From the NCBI GenBank assembly GCA_051294905.1, contig CM119372.1, positions 28,646,001 to 28,710,000 of the forward strand: DNA of 64,000 nucleotides, written 5' to 3'. Positions 1 to 12,100 of this stretch are shown piece by piece. The number at the start of each line of letters is the position of its first letter. Within the stretch, counting starts at the first letter, position 1. Position numbers and translations under genes: made by a program. The notes under the pieces were generated by a model that was not told where the DNA came from, did not search any database, and saw nothing but the letters and a program-made list of their open reading frames with translations. Source of the DNA: Botryllus schlosseri. Its lineage: Eukaryota.

Positions 1-785
1 CTGGAAGCGTTCAAACTTCTATTTCTTTAGTTAAATGCAATAATGCAAGTTGTGGTCGCGTTTTCGTTGTTCATTTCGTTTGTTTTTACTTATAAATAAC
101 ACTATTGTAATTGCCCCGCATGGGTGGTACAATTGCCCCTGGGTACGGGGCGATTGTAATATTTGAGCGGCGATTTTCGCGACCCAAAATTTCCATGATT
201 GAGTGTTGATTGAGTTCCATTTTAGTTTTTATATAGACTATCGAGTTGTTGGCTTCTTTATATAAAACTTTGGAAATGAAATTTCCATGAGAACAACACG
301 TCATGTTGGAAAATCCAAAAAGTGTTACAATTGTCCCCGGTCTCCCCAATATCTTAGTGGCATTATGGTGTATTCCTTATCAAAATTCGGAGCATCAGCA
401 AAATGCTGTCAGTACACATAGAAGACACATATGTGTACTTGTGTCACAGGAAGTATCTTGATGTGTTCTACAATAGTAATAACCAAGAACCTATACTGTT
501 ACGAAATCATTAAGCTGGTACAGAACAGATAGGCCTACGTTACGACTCGGTGTCCCAGTGTGCAGCGGAACGCAGCTACCGCTATCGTGAGCGCGACATG
601 ATCGGGGAATTACCTGTTTTAGTCGTGTCGCAAAGCCAGTGTGCAGCAGCCTTATAAGAAAAATCTCTTACGTGAGGCGCACGTGATTGCAAATTCTCGT
701 TTCTTCACGGAGCGCAATATCTACATTTGCGGACGGCACTTGTACCTCGGTTTCAGACTTCAGCGATAGCAGTATTTGCCTCTGA

Positions 786-966
786 CAATGTTCCCTCTAA
801 TTTCTCAGAAATCTGCGTGCCTGCGCGGTCCCTTGGACAACAGTGCGCAACGACTAAAAAAAAAGTCATCACTTCGGATTTTTTGTGCGCAGCCTAGATT
901 TTCTGTGCGCGGAGACCGTTTCAGCACTGCGCATTTGCGCACGTGCGCAGCTCAGACGGAACGTTG
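786..966. mobile_element. Short MITE, CAATGTTCCCTCTAA family
   Basis: Starts CAATGTTCCCTCTAA, ends CAGACGGAACGTTG; homologous to 53247-53419 and ~48735-48898. Confidence 0.7.
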
Positions 967-1712
967 GTCTCATACCCTGTGGTTCGAACCGGATGTACGC
1001 ATCCCGAATTCACATCTGCGATTGGCAATACGGGGAAATTGATGGTATTGGATTTCGTTTTAGTGCTTTGTGTGACTAAGTAAGTTAATTAAGAATGGGA
1101 TGCATATATCTGCTCAATTTGAATCTATAGTACTGTACCCAGTTAATAATTTTACCATGAAGAAATTCCGAACCAAGCAACTCATATTAATAAACGTTAA
1201 TGTTAGGTTGTGGACCACAACACTTGAGAGTGTCATCCTTTATGATACGATGAAGAAAATATTTTGACGATTTAATTTTGTAGCTCTCAAATACAAGTAT
1301 ATTTAGTTATTCCTTTCGTGCACAAAGCTTCAAAGCATATTTTATGTACAAGGGGTTCTCACTCTTAAAAGTGATAAACAGTGTTTCCTTCGATATCGAC
1401 ACGCTGTGCGCTGCAGGATATAATACCTATAGCTCAAAACATTTTGTTGAAAATAACCCTAGCAAGCGTGACGGTGGTGTTTTGACGGAAAATTGGCGAT
1501 CTAAAAGTACGCGCAGTCCATTTTATATGAATTAAGTAACCTGCTACATTTAAGAAAACATATGTAGCAAACGTCGCCGCGTAGCGCGACCAAAAATTTC
1601 GAGATTTGTCATGTTTTGTGGAATGTTAATTTGCTCTGATTACTCATTAGGAATTTGATTTCAAGTTGAGAAATTAACAAAATGATTGAATATCATCGGT
1701 AAAGACATAGTT

Positions 1713-2730
1713 CAGCGGTTCTCAACCGGGGGTCCGCGGACCCCTGGGGGTCCGCGAAGCATTTTCAGGGGGTCCGCGAAGCCCTAAAATATTTGATAAC
1801 CTAATTTGTATTTTTTTAATTCTGAAAATCGCGAAGAAGTTTCGATTCATTACTAGTAAAACTCCAGAGCTCAAATCAACAGAATGGTTGTCTGAGATGA
1901 AATATCCTACTGTACAGATCATTTTAACTGCTAAATTGCCCACTGATAAAAACATTTTGATGTTTAGAGATTTTTGTTGGGGATTGTGGGAAAGAAAAGT
2001 TGGATGAGTAAGGTCAATAAAGGCGACTTCGAAATGTTTACAACAATCCATTTTCTCCTGTTTGTTTGTTTGTTTTGAGGTATTCATTCATGGTGTTTGT
2101 CGACTATTATGGTCATTTACACCAGGCCGATATTCTTCATTTTTGTTCCGTAACAGCCGACTTATAGCACGGCCCACGTCTAGGCTTCTGAAAGACACCG
2201 CCTGCGCGGATTAGGGGTCGAGGAGGAGCCTAGGTAAACCTCCAACACTGTGATAGATAACGATTTTCCAATAATAATAATTTCAAGATAAGCTGCTATA
2301 GATAAAAAAAAATTGTTTGTTCATTTTGGTGCCATATTTGTTGCGATCATACCCAAATGTGTCGTCGGACGCGTTCCGCGTTATTATTTCATTCGCCACC
2401 ATCTATATTTGAGGAAATTAATTTTCGGCACTCGTTCATGTCAAATCGAAAGCGCGGATTTTCAAGACACTTATTTCAAGAAATACAGTTGCAGAATTCG
2501 CTTTGAAATAAGAGAAGTCAACCCAATTTCTATATGAATAGTACGGTCTTATTTTCAAGAAAAGACTTTTTGTTGATGTTTATCACTAAGGCTATTAGTT
2601 ATCATTTGCACGCGACAGATGACGATTGCACGACAATTGAGCTAAATTTGAACTAAAACTTCGTGGGGGTCCGCGGGGTCCGTGACGGTCCGAAAGGGGT
2701 CCGCGAAGACAAAAAGGTTGAGAACCACTG
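1713..2730. mobile_element. hAT-type MITE (CAGTGGTTCTCAAC family) containing a truncated SINE
   Basis: TIRs CAGCGGTTCTCAACC / GGTTGAGAACCACTG; perfect 8-bp TSD ACATAGTT; GGTCCGCG subterminal repeats. Confidence 0.9.
2059..2248 (-). mobile_element. 5'-truncated SINE
   Basis: (TTTG)n tail and body homologous to the SINE at 56647-56932; tRNA-like head missing. Confidence 0.8.
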
Positions 2731-3592
2731 ACATAGTTGGTATTGATTCTATAGGTGTGAAAATAGCGGTGCGGACTGTGTGAATAATCCGATGCGGCTG
2801 AATGTTGGCGTAATATTCAGGTTACGTTCGATTCAACAGATCGCGTTAAAAGGATTTCTCAAAGGATTAGAGTGGTACCGAATTGAAACATTCAGATACG
2901 AATCAACTTGAGCGGTGTAGTGAGTTTCATTTCAAGTCGACAAATTAACACATTGATTGAATATTCTCATGATTCTTATCACGCAACTAAAGTCAACCAC
3001 TGTTCTGAAGTGTCAAAACATATAGCGACCACCAGAAAGTGTCAAGTTGTTGGTTTTCGAATTATCGTCTGCGACGGTTCTGCGACAAACTAATTACCGA
3101 AATATTACCTTGTGAGCGATCGGCATGCCTGTAACACAGGGGCGGGCAACTTCTACGGTCGGCGGGCCTGATTGGGGAAAATGAAGTACTTGGCGAGCCA
3201 GAATACAAAATCGATACAATAATCGCGTAATTATCCACCTATACCAGGGGCGGGCAACTTCTCCAGTCGGCGGGCCGGATATAGGAAAATTGAGTACTTG
3301 GCGGGCCGGATCGCTGAATCGATACATTATTCGCCCATTTATCCAAATATACAAGGAATAAATCGTATATAATGAATGTATTTTAACGACAGCCATGTAA
3401 CTTCAAAGCGATTTCTCGCCAATAATGACGAAGACAATGTGGATTTGAGAACAGCATTGTCATACAGGCACCACCATGTCTGCTTATCTCTGACCAATCA
3501 ACACACGGTGCAATCCTTAATTAAGATTTCAAGGCGTTCGATAAGCCCAGTACCCCAAATTTACCGAGACATCAATTCATTAGGGTTTAGTA

Positions 3593-4456
3593 CAGTGGTT
3601 CTCAACCTTTTTGTCTTTGCGGACTCCTTTTGGACCGCCACGGACCCCCGCAAGTTTTCGTTCAAAATTAGATCAATTATCGCGCAACCGTTATCTGTCT
3701 CCTGTCTTGTGTCTAGTGATAAACATCCACACAATGACTTTTCTTGAAAATAACGTCATACTATATGTAGAAATTGGGTAGACTTTTATTTTCAGCTGTA
3801 TTTATTGTCTTGAAAATCCGCGTTTTCGATTAAATATGAGCAAGCGCCGAAAATCCATTTTCGCAAATATATATTGGTGGCGAATATAATATTAACGCGT
3901 AACGCTTCCGACGACAGCTTTTGGTGTGAGTTTTTGCTGTACATATCACGTCCAGTCTGGTAATTTCTATCTTGCATCTCATATTGAAGTTATTTAGTGG
4001 TTATATCTCAAGACACAATGGATTTCGTGATGAGGTTCCAATTCCTTCATTGGGACAGATTGGGAAAAAATTTCAGGAGTTTCTATTTCAAACGACTGTT
4101 TACTAATATGCTGAGACTGGCAACTCCACTAATTTGCTGAGACTGATAACTCCAAATCCAAAATGCCATCTCCAACATTTCATTTTTCCACAAACCCCAC
4201 CAAAACATCTCTAAACAGCAATATGTTTGCGTCGGCAGGCTATTGGTAATTTGACAATAAAATGAGTAATCACTGCCGGATATTTGATCTCGGACGAACA
4301 TTTTAATGATGTGGGTCCTAAAGTTTGAGCAATTTTGAAACTAAACTGTCTCATGCTTTTCCTATTTAAAAATAAGAATCAGGTTTGCAATCACTTTACA
4401 AATTTAGAGGTTTCGCGGACCCCGGAGGTCCGCGAACCCCCGGTTGAGAACCACTG
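3593..4456. mobile_element. hAT-type MITE (same family as 1713-2730, opposite orientation)
   Basis: CAGTGGTTCTCAACC / GGTTGAGAACCACTG; TSD GTTTAGTA / GTCTAGTA (1 mismatch); sits within an older CAGGGGCGGGCAAC-type MITE (~3245-4572). Confidence 0.85.
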
Positions 4457-5054
4457 GTCTAGTATGTGACGAGATAGCGTGGTTGTTCAACTGTGTGGCC
4501 TATTTTATCCCGCCCACGGCCTTTACGGAATTTGACAGTGGCCCGCGACCCGTTTTGAGTTGGCAACCCCTGGTATAAGCGGTGTGTTACAAAAGCCAGG
4601 AAGTGTTCCATGAGTAGTTAGAGAAATGTGCGGAAGGTGCCCATTCGCGATTTATAAAGAACAAACAAACATTATCAAGATAATAAACAGTGTAAGAATT
4701 AGCTCATTCTCAGTTTTGCAGCAATACTCGAGGGGAATTCCCTTCTGACTGTGCGGCAATAGGGGGGACTGAGAGAAAACGAACAAAGAATCTGGATTGA
4801 CCTTTGTACTGGAGTCATTCTACTTGTACTTTTCCACTCCTTACCTCGCTTGATCTCTGGACACGAGACTTGTGTATTGAGTATTTATTATATTTTCCCT
4901 CGAATAACAATGGATCGGCTTTTAATTTCAATGGTATGCACGCCGACGATACGCTCGGCTGGGCAAAGCGACGTCCACAGCCTGTGTCATACTGGACTCG
5001 TAACAACCTCGCTCGACCTCTGGTCAAGGACATGAAATTACAGCTGACTCCGGT

Positions 5055-5400
5055 CATACGCGACGGGGCTTGGTAATAGTTGCCTGACGACATATCGTCC
5101 TGACCTATCGTTTTGTGGTCCAATTTCGTGACGTGTCTTGGGAATAATTCCCCGTCAAACCCCCTGGCTGACTTGTCGTCCCGTGGTTGACTCGATTTCA
5201 TGTACGGTGGGGCATGGGAATAATTGCCGGTGCTGACTTCGGTCGTGTACGACGGGGCTTGACCATAGTTGCCGGCCCTGACCTGTCATTCCGTGGTCCA
5301 ATTTCGTGGCTCGGGAACAATAGAGCGTCAAGCTGGTTGACTTGTCGTTCCGCGATTGATTCAATTTCGTGTACGGTGGGTCATAATTACCGGTCGTGAC
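5055..5400 (+). repeat. Subterminal degenerate tandem repeat (~60-65 bp units) of the Polinton-like termini
   Basis: Recurring (A)ATTTCGTG, GGGGCTTGG.AATA.TTGCC and GACTTGTCGT motifs; shorter version in the inner element at ~9425-9600; mirrored at both right ends. Confidence 0.7.
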
Positions 5401-6077
5401 GTCAGTATAGTTTCTTCTGATCCATGAGATCCTGGTGCGTGTTTTAGGTGTCCATACGTTCGGCTATGTAAAGTGACGCTTGTGGTCTGTGTCTTGTGTA
5501 CTGTTGTACTTGAACCCTTTTTTACTTTGTTATCGACCCAGACAGTAACGAGAAACGATCTGTTACGATTATAAATATGTATACCATTTCGAGTCATATC
5601 GAGAATGAGAATGAATGTCGTAGTAGAAATGTGTATTAGGCGACCCGACATAGATTAACTTAAATAAATTAGCATTATAAATACAATAAGTAATTGAGCA
5701 AATAGCTGATTCTCAATTTTGCTCGCATCAACATGTTAACCCCTGGTATTACGTACCTAGTAATCGGCGCAAGCAACAAATGTGGCTGTTCCATACCTAT
5801 ACCTCGTTCTAGCGTATTCATAAGGACAGACAGTCCCGAGTAAAACAATGTATTTATGATGGGTTCTTTTTACTGCTTCACGGTTGGTCAAGCGTAATCA
5901 TCCCGGTGTCTGCAAATGATATTCAATTTACCACGGGATATTAATTTTGTATGCTGTACATGATATACAACTTGAATCGAACTGTTGGCGAACTAATGCT
6001 TTGCCCGTCTGTAACATACACATATCGATCACGAGCTCACCACGCACTTGCAGTTCGAGGGCGACTCATTTCGCTGC

Positions 6078-6730
6078 AGACAATCAGTTGTGTTCGCGTG
6101 TATCGTAACATATCCTCAACACTTGTTATGGCAACACCTCCACGCATATTTACAATATCATACTAAGGAACTATTGCTTCGGCAGCCACGCCCTATCGCT
6201 CGAAGTCGACAAATTTCGCTACAGACAGTCAGTTGTGTTCACGTATGTGTCGTAAATATATCCTCAACACATGCTATGCCAATACCTCCAAGCATATTTG
6301 CATCATACTTAGGGTTCTGGTTTAAATCAGGCTGATTTAAATCATCACGTGTCGACAATCGATCGAAGCCCGTCAACTGGTATTTTGAAAGCTCCCGGTA
6401 TGGTGTATTATTGTGTATGGATTGTTGCGGTATTAGAATTGTGGTTACGGCTCGTTGGCGGTGCGAGGATCAGGTTTATAGTATACTATAACTACTTAGC
6501 TCGGATATTATACGACGCGCTGCTATCGGTGCTTTGTCCAAGACCTAATTCACGATAATCAATCTCGCTGTCGAAAATGACATGCGGCCGCGTAGACTGC
6601 ATAGCGCCATTTTGTTTTGTGATCCATCCTGCTGTGCCGAGGATCGAAACATATCCTCAACACATGTTATGCCAACACCTCCAAGCATATTTGCAGCATC
6701 ATACTACGGATATATTGACTCGGCAGAGTG
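6078..6730 (+). repeat. ~144-bp degenerate tandem repeat within the arms
   Basis: Unit ACAATCAGTTGTGTTCGCGTGT..CGTAACATATCCTCAACAC..GTTATGCCAACACCTCC..GCATATTT at ~6080, ~6224, ~6648 (partial); also ~10237, ~10381, ~12440, ~12565 and all mirror positions. Confidence 0.8.
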
Positions 6731-7950
6731 TTACCGTCAGAGAATTGCTGTGTCACGCCTTCGGGCCTTGTATTTTCCGCTCGGTAACTGCGAGTATGAT
6801 GTTATTTCAATTGTCCGCGAAACGAATCGGGGTAGCTCGCTTCATCGGGGCGGACTGACCTTATCTGGCTGAAACGCGCTCGGTGGTGCAATAATGGGAA
6901 TGAATTGTGACAGATCATACCTGATACGATCTATAGCCTGAGGTGAGGTGTAAAGTAGAGGGGGAGATTTCGAAATCGGAATACACTGCGACTATAGGGT
7001 TGCTAAATCAAAGTCCAAAAAATCCGGCTGGCTCGTAAAGTCCTGTTATTTCCATATGTTGTGAGGGTAAAATATAGCATAAATCCGACTCTCAGGGCCA
7101 TTTGGCCGCATCCAGACTGGCTTCGCTGAAAACTGATGAAATCTGCCCCGGGTCCGGAGATGTTTCGTGACCTCCTCCGTCCAGACAAGATTGTTCTGCT
7201 GTAATATAGGTGTCGTTGTATAATAATTTACGTACAAGGAGACTTGGTATCGACCAGACATGGGGTAATCGTGATTAGTAATCGTAATCGATTACGACGA
7301 TTACAGCATTTCCAAGTAATCGTAATCGCAATCGATTACATTCGACAAAATCCCGAAGTAAGCGTAATCGTAATCGACTACTTCCCATATTTAATCGATT
7401 TCTCTGTGAAAGAACGATTACTTTTTTATTTTTGCAAGTTATATGACATAAAGGTCATAAACTGTACATTCGTGAACAAGGAAGAGATATTATACCAGGC
7501 TCGTGACAGCACAAACGTCTGATTTTCAAACGCCACAGCTCATTATTACGTCAGAAGCAGCCTATTAGCTTTGCGCATCATTGCGTAAGAAGTATCCACG
7601 CTAAATAGATATTCGATGTACATACGTCGCACATTATAGTGTCATTGTATGAACAACTGTCGTGCTATATATCAGGTTATCAACACGTTCCACACGCCAC
7701 CACCTCGCAGCAGGATAATTTATCTCCGCCCTGCCTAGTTTAAAATATAGTAACTTATGGTTGATGTTCGGTTATGCTTATGCTCAGTTAGACGCAATTT
7801 GACGGTAGCTGCTTGGCGAGCAGTAGGCCTATCTAGTACGTACGTCGTACGTACATCAAGATTTGAAATTTTGTACTCGTCAAATAAAACATTGCGATTT
7901 CCACAACGAAGCAGTCAAGATCAACAGCTGGTGATATATATATATATATA

Positions 7951-7982
7951 CAGGGATATCTAGAAACTTCTAGATATCCCTG
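7951..7982. repeat. 32-bp perfect hairpin in a TA microsatellite
   Basis: CAGGGATATCTAGAA-AC-TTCTAGATATCCCTG flanked by TA on both sides. Confidence 0.85.
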
Positions 7983-8324
7983 TACATATATATAAATACC
8001 GCGCCGTTTCTCGTAACGGCAGCTTGAGGTACAATATCTGTATTAAGTTGAAGGCAGAATTGTGTGTTCGCTTCGTCTTATTCTCGTATGACTCTCCTTG
8101 AAACGGGCGCCAATCTTTACTCAACATTGGGACCTGCCGCCATAGTCATGGGCCTAAATATCATGTTAGCATGGGCTGTAGCTGGAATTAGGACTAAAAC
8201 AGCAGTTCGTCCCCCATATGGTGGTAATCGGAGGTTGAAGACTGAATTACGTCAATAATTACATTGTATTACTATTGATTTTTAATCCTCTATCAGCTCC
8301 CGATGGTCAGATTCACCTGTAAGA

Positions 8325-8600
8325 GTTAGTTTGTTTGAGGTAATCTTGGTGTTTGTCCACTACAACGGTCAGTTACACCAGGCCGATTTTCTTCATTTTT
8401 GATTCCGTATCTGCCGACTTGTAGCACGGCCCACTTCTAGGCTTATTGTAAGACACCGCTTACGCGGATGAGTCGGCGAGGAGGAGCCTAGATAAACCTC
8501 CAACACTTAGAAAGGATTTCTGAAGTCGACCTCGGTCGGACTCGAGCCGGCATACAATGGCGTTGCAGCCGTGGATTATACCACTGCGCTATCTCGCCAC
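8325..8600 (-). mobile_element. tRNA-derived SINE, near full length
   Basis: Reverse complement shows GTGGCGAGATAGCGCAGTGG (A box) and GGCTCGAGTCC (B box), shared body and AAAC-type tail. Confidence 0.85.
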
Positions 8601-9128
8601 AGAATTAGGCTATCTACATGTAGAGCTGGGACACGTAATTCATAACCTCTGTTATCTTGTTATAATTACTTTAGTTTATGTTGTTAATTCGTGACCTCCG
8701 ATTTGTTATATAATCAAACGATATTGTAGTGGCTCAAGCGTAGCAGACTAGAAAATAAACTGTCGTGAGACGCACAGACAAATTGTCATGTCTTTATATC
8801 TGACTGCATGTCTAGCAACTCAAGTTGTTAATTAACAGGGTCAGTGGCCACATTAACTACAAAAGGACTTGAAAACATTTTCATCATGGGGAAAAAGCAT
8901 TCATTCCGTCAATGCGGCCGTTGAACTTGACAATCAAGTCAAATGATTCAATGGTTTGATGGTCAGATAGCTTTGTAAAACGTGTTGCAACACCACCTGC
9001 ACTTAATTAAGTCTAATGATGAGCAGACTTAAATTTGAGTGACGATCCAAACGCATTTGAGTGTGAGCATACTTTTTGACGTGAGTTGAGTAACGAAATC
9101 GTTGCTGAGTAGAGAATCGCTACTCGAC

Positions 9129-12100
9129 AGTAGTATATAGTTTGGGCGATCGACGCCCATTCGCGATTTATAATAAACAAACAAAGATTATCAATATAAT
9201 AATTAATTAAAGAATTACCTCATTCTCAGTTTTGCAGCAATACTCAAGGGGAATTCCCTTCTGACTGTGCGGCAATTAAAAAAGGGGGATTGACGCTAGA
9301 GAGAAAACGAACAAAGAATCTCGATTGACCTTTGGAACTTTGGTTAGACATGAGACTTGAGTACTTCTACTTGTACTTTTCCACTCGCCTCCAGATTTAC
9401 CTCGCTTGACCTCTGGACACGAGACCTGGGCTTGGTAATAGTTGCCTCCCGACAAATCGCCCTGGCCTATCGTTTTGTGGTCCAATTTCGTGACGGGGCT
9501 TTGGGAATAATTGCCTATCAAACCACCCTGGTTGACTTGTCGTTTCGCGATTGACTCGATTTCGTGGGGGCATAGGAATAATTGCCGGTCGTGACGTCAA
9601 TAAAGTTTTCTCCTGGTCGGTGAGATCCTGGTGCGTGTTTTAGGTGTCTATACGTTCGGCTGTGCATAGTGACGCATGTAGTCTGTTCCATACTGTCGTA
9701 CTTGCTCTTGCTTTGTTGTCGACTTAAATAGTAAGGAGAATTGATCTGTTCTGGATATAAATATGTGTGTCATTTTGAGTCATATCGAGAACCAGAATGT
9801 CGTGTATTAGAAATAGGTATTAGGCGCCCCCGACATAGATTAACTTGAATAAAGTACCATTTAGAATATAATAAGTAATTAAAGAAATAGCTCATTCTCA
9901 ATTTGACTCGCATCAACGTGTTAATTTCCGATATTGTAGTAATTGGTGCAAGCAAAAACTGCTGTTCCACACCTTTACCGCTTTCTAGCGTATTAGAACA
10001 GACAGTCCCAACCAAACAATGTGATGGGTTCTTTTACTGCTTCACGTCTGGTCAAGCGTAATCATGCCGGTGTCTGTAAATGATGTGTAATTTCCCGCGG
10101 TATATTATTTTTGTATGCTGTACATGATGTACAACTTCAATCGATCAGTTGTCGAACTAATACTTTACCGGTATGTACGATCGATCACGAGCTCACCACG
10201 CACTTGTCGTTCGAGGGCGACTCATTTCGCTATAGGCAATCAGTTGTGTTCGCGTGTACCGTAATATATCCTCAACACTTGTTATGCCAACACCTCCAAG
10301 CATATTTACAATATCATGCTAAGGAACTATTGCTTCGGCAGCCACGCACTGTCGTTCGAATTCGACTAATTTCGCTGTAGACAATCAGTTGTGCTCGTGT
10401 GTGTCGTAACATATCCTCATCAACACATGTTATGCCAACACCGCCGAGCATATTTGCAGCATCATACTACGGATATATTGAACCGGCGAAGTATTACCGT
10501 CAGAGAATTGCTGCGCCACACCTTCGAGCCTCGCTTTCCCGCTCGGTAACTGCGAGTACGATGTCAGATTCAATTGTCCAGTGACGAATCGGGGTAGCTC
10601 GCTTCTTCGGGGTGGACAGACCTTATTTGGCTGAAACGCGCTCGGTGGTGCAATAATGGGAATGAATTGTGACAGATCATACCTGATACGATCTATAGCC
10701 TGATGTGAGGCGTAAAGTAGAGTGGGAGATTTCGAAATCGGAATCCACTGCGACTATAGGATTGCAAAATCAAAGTCCAAAAAATCCGACTGGCCCGTAA
10801 AGTCCTGGTATTTCCATGTATTAGGCTGGTAAAATGTAACATAAATCCAACTCTCAAAGACACTTGGCCGCATCCAGTCCGGGTTTAACCAAAACTGATG
10901 AAATCTGCGCCGGGTCCGGAAACGAATCGTGACCACCCCCGTCCAGACAAAATAGTTCTGCTGTAAGGGGAGTGTCGTTGTACATTAATTTGCGTACAGC
11001 GAGACTTTGTATCGACTCATTGACGGACTTCTGTTTGTATCGCGTTTGGCTTAGAATCCCAATTCTATATAGTGCGGCCCGCGAATGGATTCAAATGTTG
11101 AATGCGGCCCGCGAGCTCAAAACTTTGCCCACCCCTGATGTATATTGTACCACTTGAATCGATCTGTTGGCGAACTAATGCTTTGCCCGTCTGTAACATA
11201 CACATATCGATCACGAGCTCACCACGCACTTGCCGTTCGAGAGCGACTGATTTCGCTATAGACAATCAGTTCAGTGTTGCCAATTTAGCGATTTTCGCGC
11301 TAGATCTAGCGATTTTTGAAAAGGTATTTAGCGATTATTTAGCGCTTTTTACCGAAAATAACTAATAAAGATCGGTTCTGGCCGACGACTATGGCGACTC
11401 ATCTGCCACCAGAGTGCGGACTCCAATGATATGTAATGAAATTAATGATGGATTACTAACGTACGGATAGATACGCAACTCCTGGCGGTTACGCATGGGC
11501 AAACAGTGTCTCTTCTTGCTGTGTAATCTAAAAGTAGCATAATTGACAGTGCTACATCTGGCGACCTGAGCGCTGCAATTTAATATGATTGGCCTTGATC
11601 GAAAGCTAGTGTCGCAGTGATTTCGAAGATACAAAATGAAATCTCGTCAGGACAATGGAACCATGCACCCCGAAACAGCCCTCGGAGTCTGAAAACCAGC
11701 ATTGCTTCAATAATGGCACCGCCGCAACACAATGGACATAACAATGACCAATTTCGTCCAGCGATTGTTCTGATCAATGTCGATTTTCAGACTCTTGGGG
11801 CTACTTTGAAGTCGTTGCATTGTCTTTACAAGAATTTAATTCGTATTGTCGGAATCAGTGTGACACTGGCGTTTAGGACCAGATTCATTAAATTTCTTAC
11901 TCCGGGTTGGTCCTCTACTTTTAGTGGCTGGCAAACCCGGTTCAAGTCGTGTTGTATCGGGTCAAGTCGCATGTTGCGTACAAGTGTGTCAAGTCGCATG
12001 TCGTGTTCAAGTACTCCAACTCAGTTTCGAGAAGTCAAGCGCATTTCCACGGTACATCGCATCACTATTCACGGACGCATGGAGCAAGGCACGCTTATAG

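Larger units (their letters stand above)
4613..7254 (+). repeat. Outer element left inverted arm, part 1
   Basis: Reverse complement of 33375-36016 (e.g. ORF 4804..5076+ mirrors 35553..35825-); interrupted at 7255 by the hAT insertion. Confidence 0.95.

Noticed and set aside
6078..6730. CRISPR-like array
   Set aside because: Units are long, degenerate and contiguous with no unique spacers; no cas genes; eukaryotic context.
4804..7261. Many short ORFs repeated in mirror arms
   Set aside because: Frames are not conserved between inner and outer elements; they arise from repeats and alternative start codons in the ORF track.
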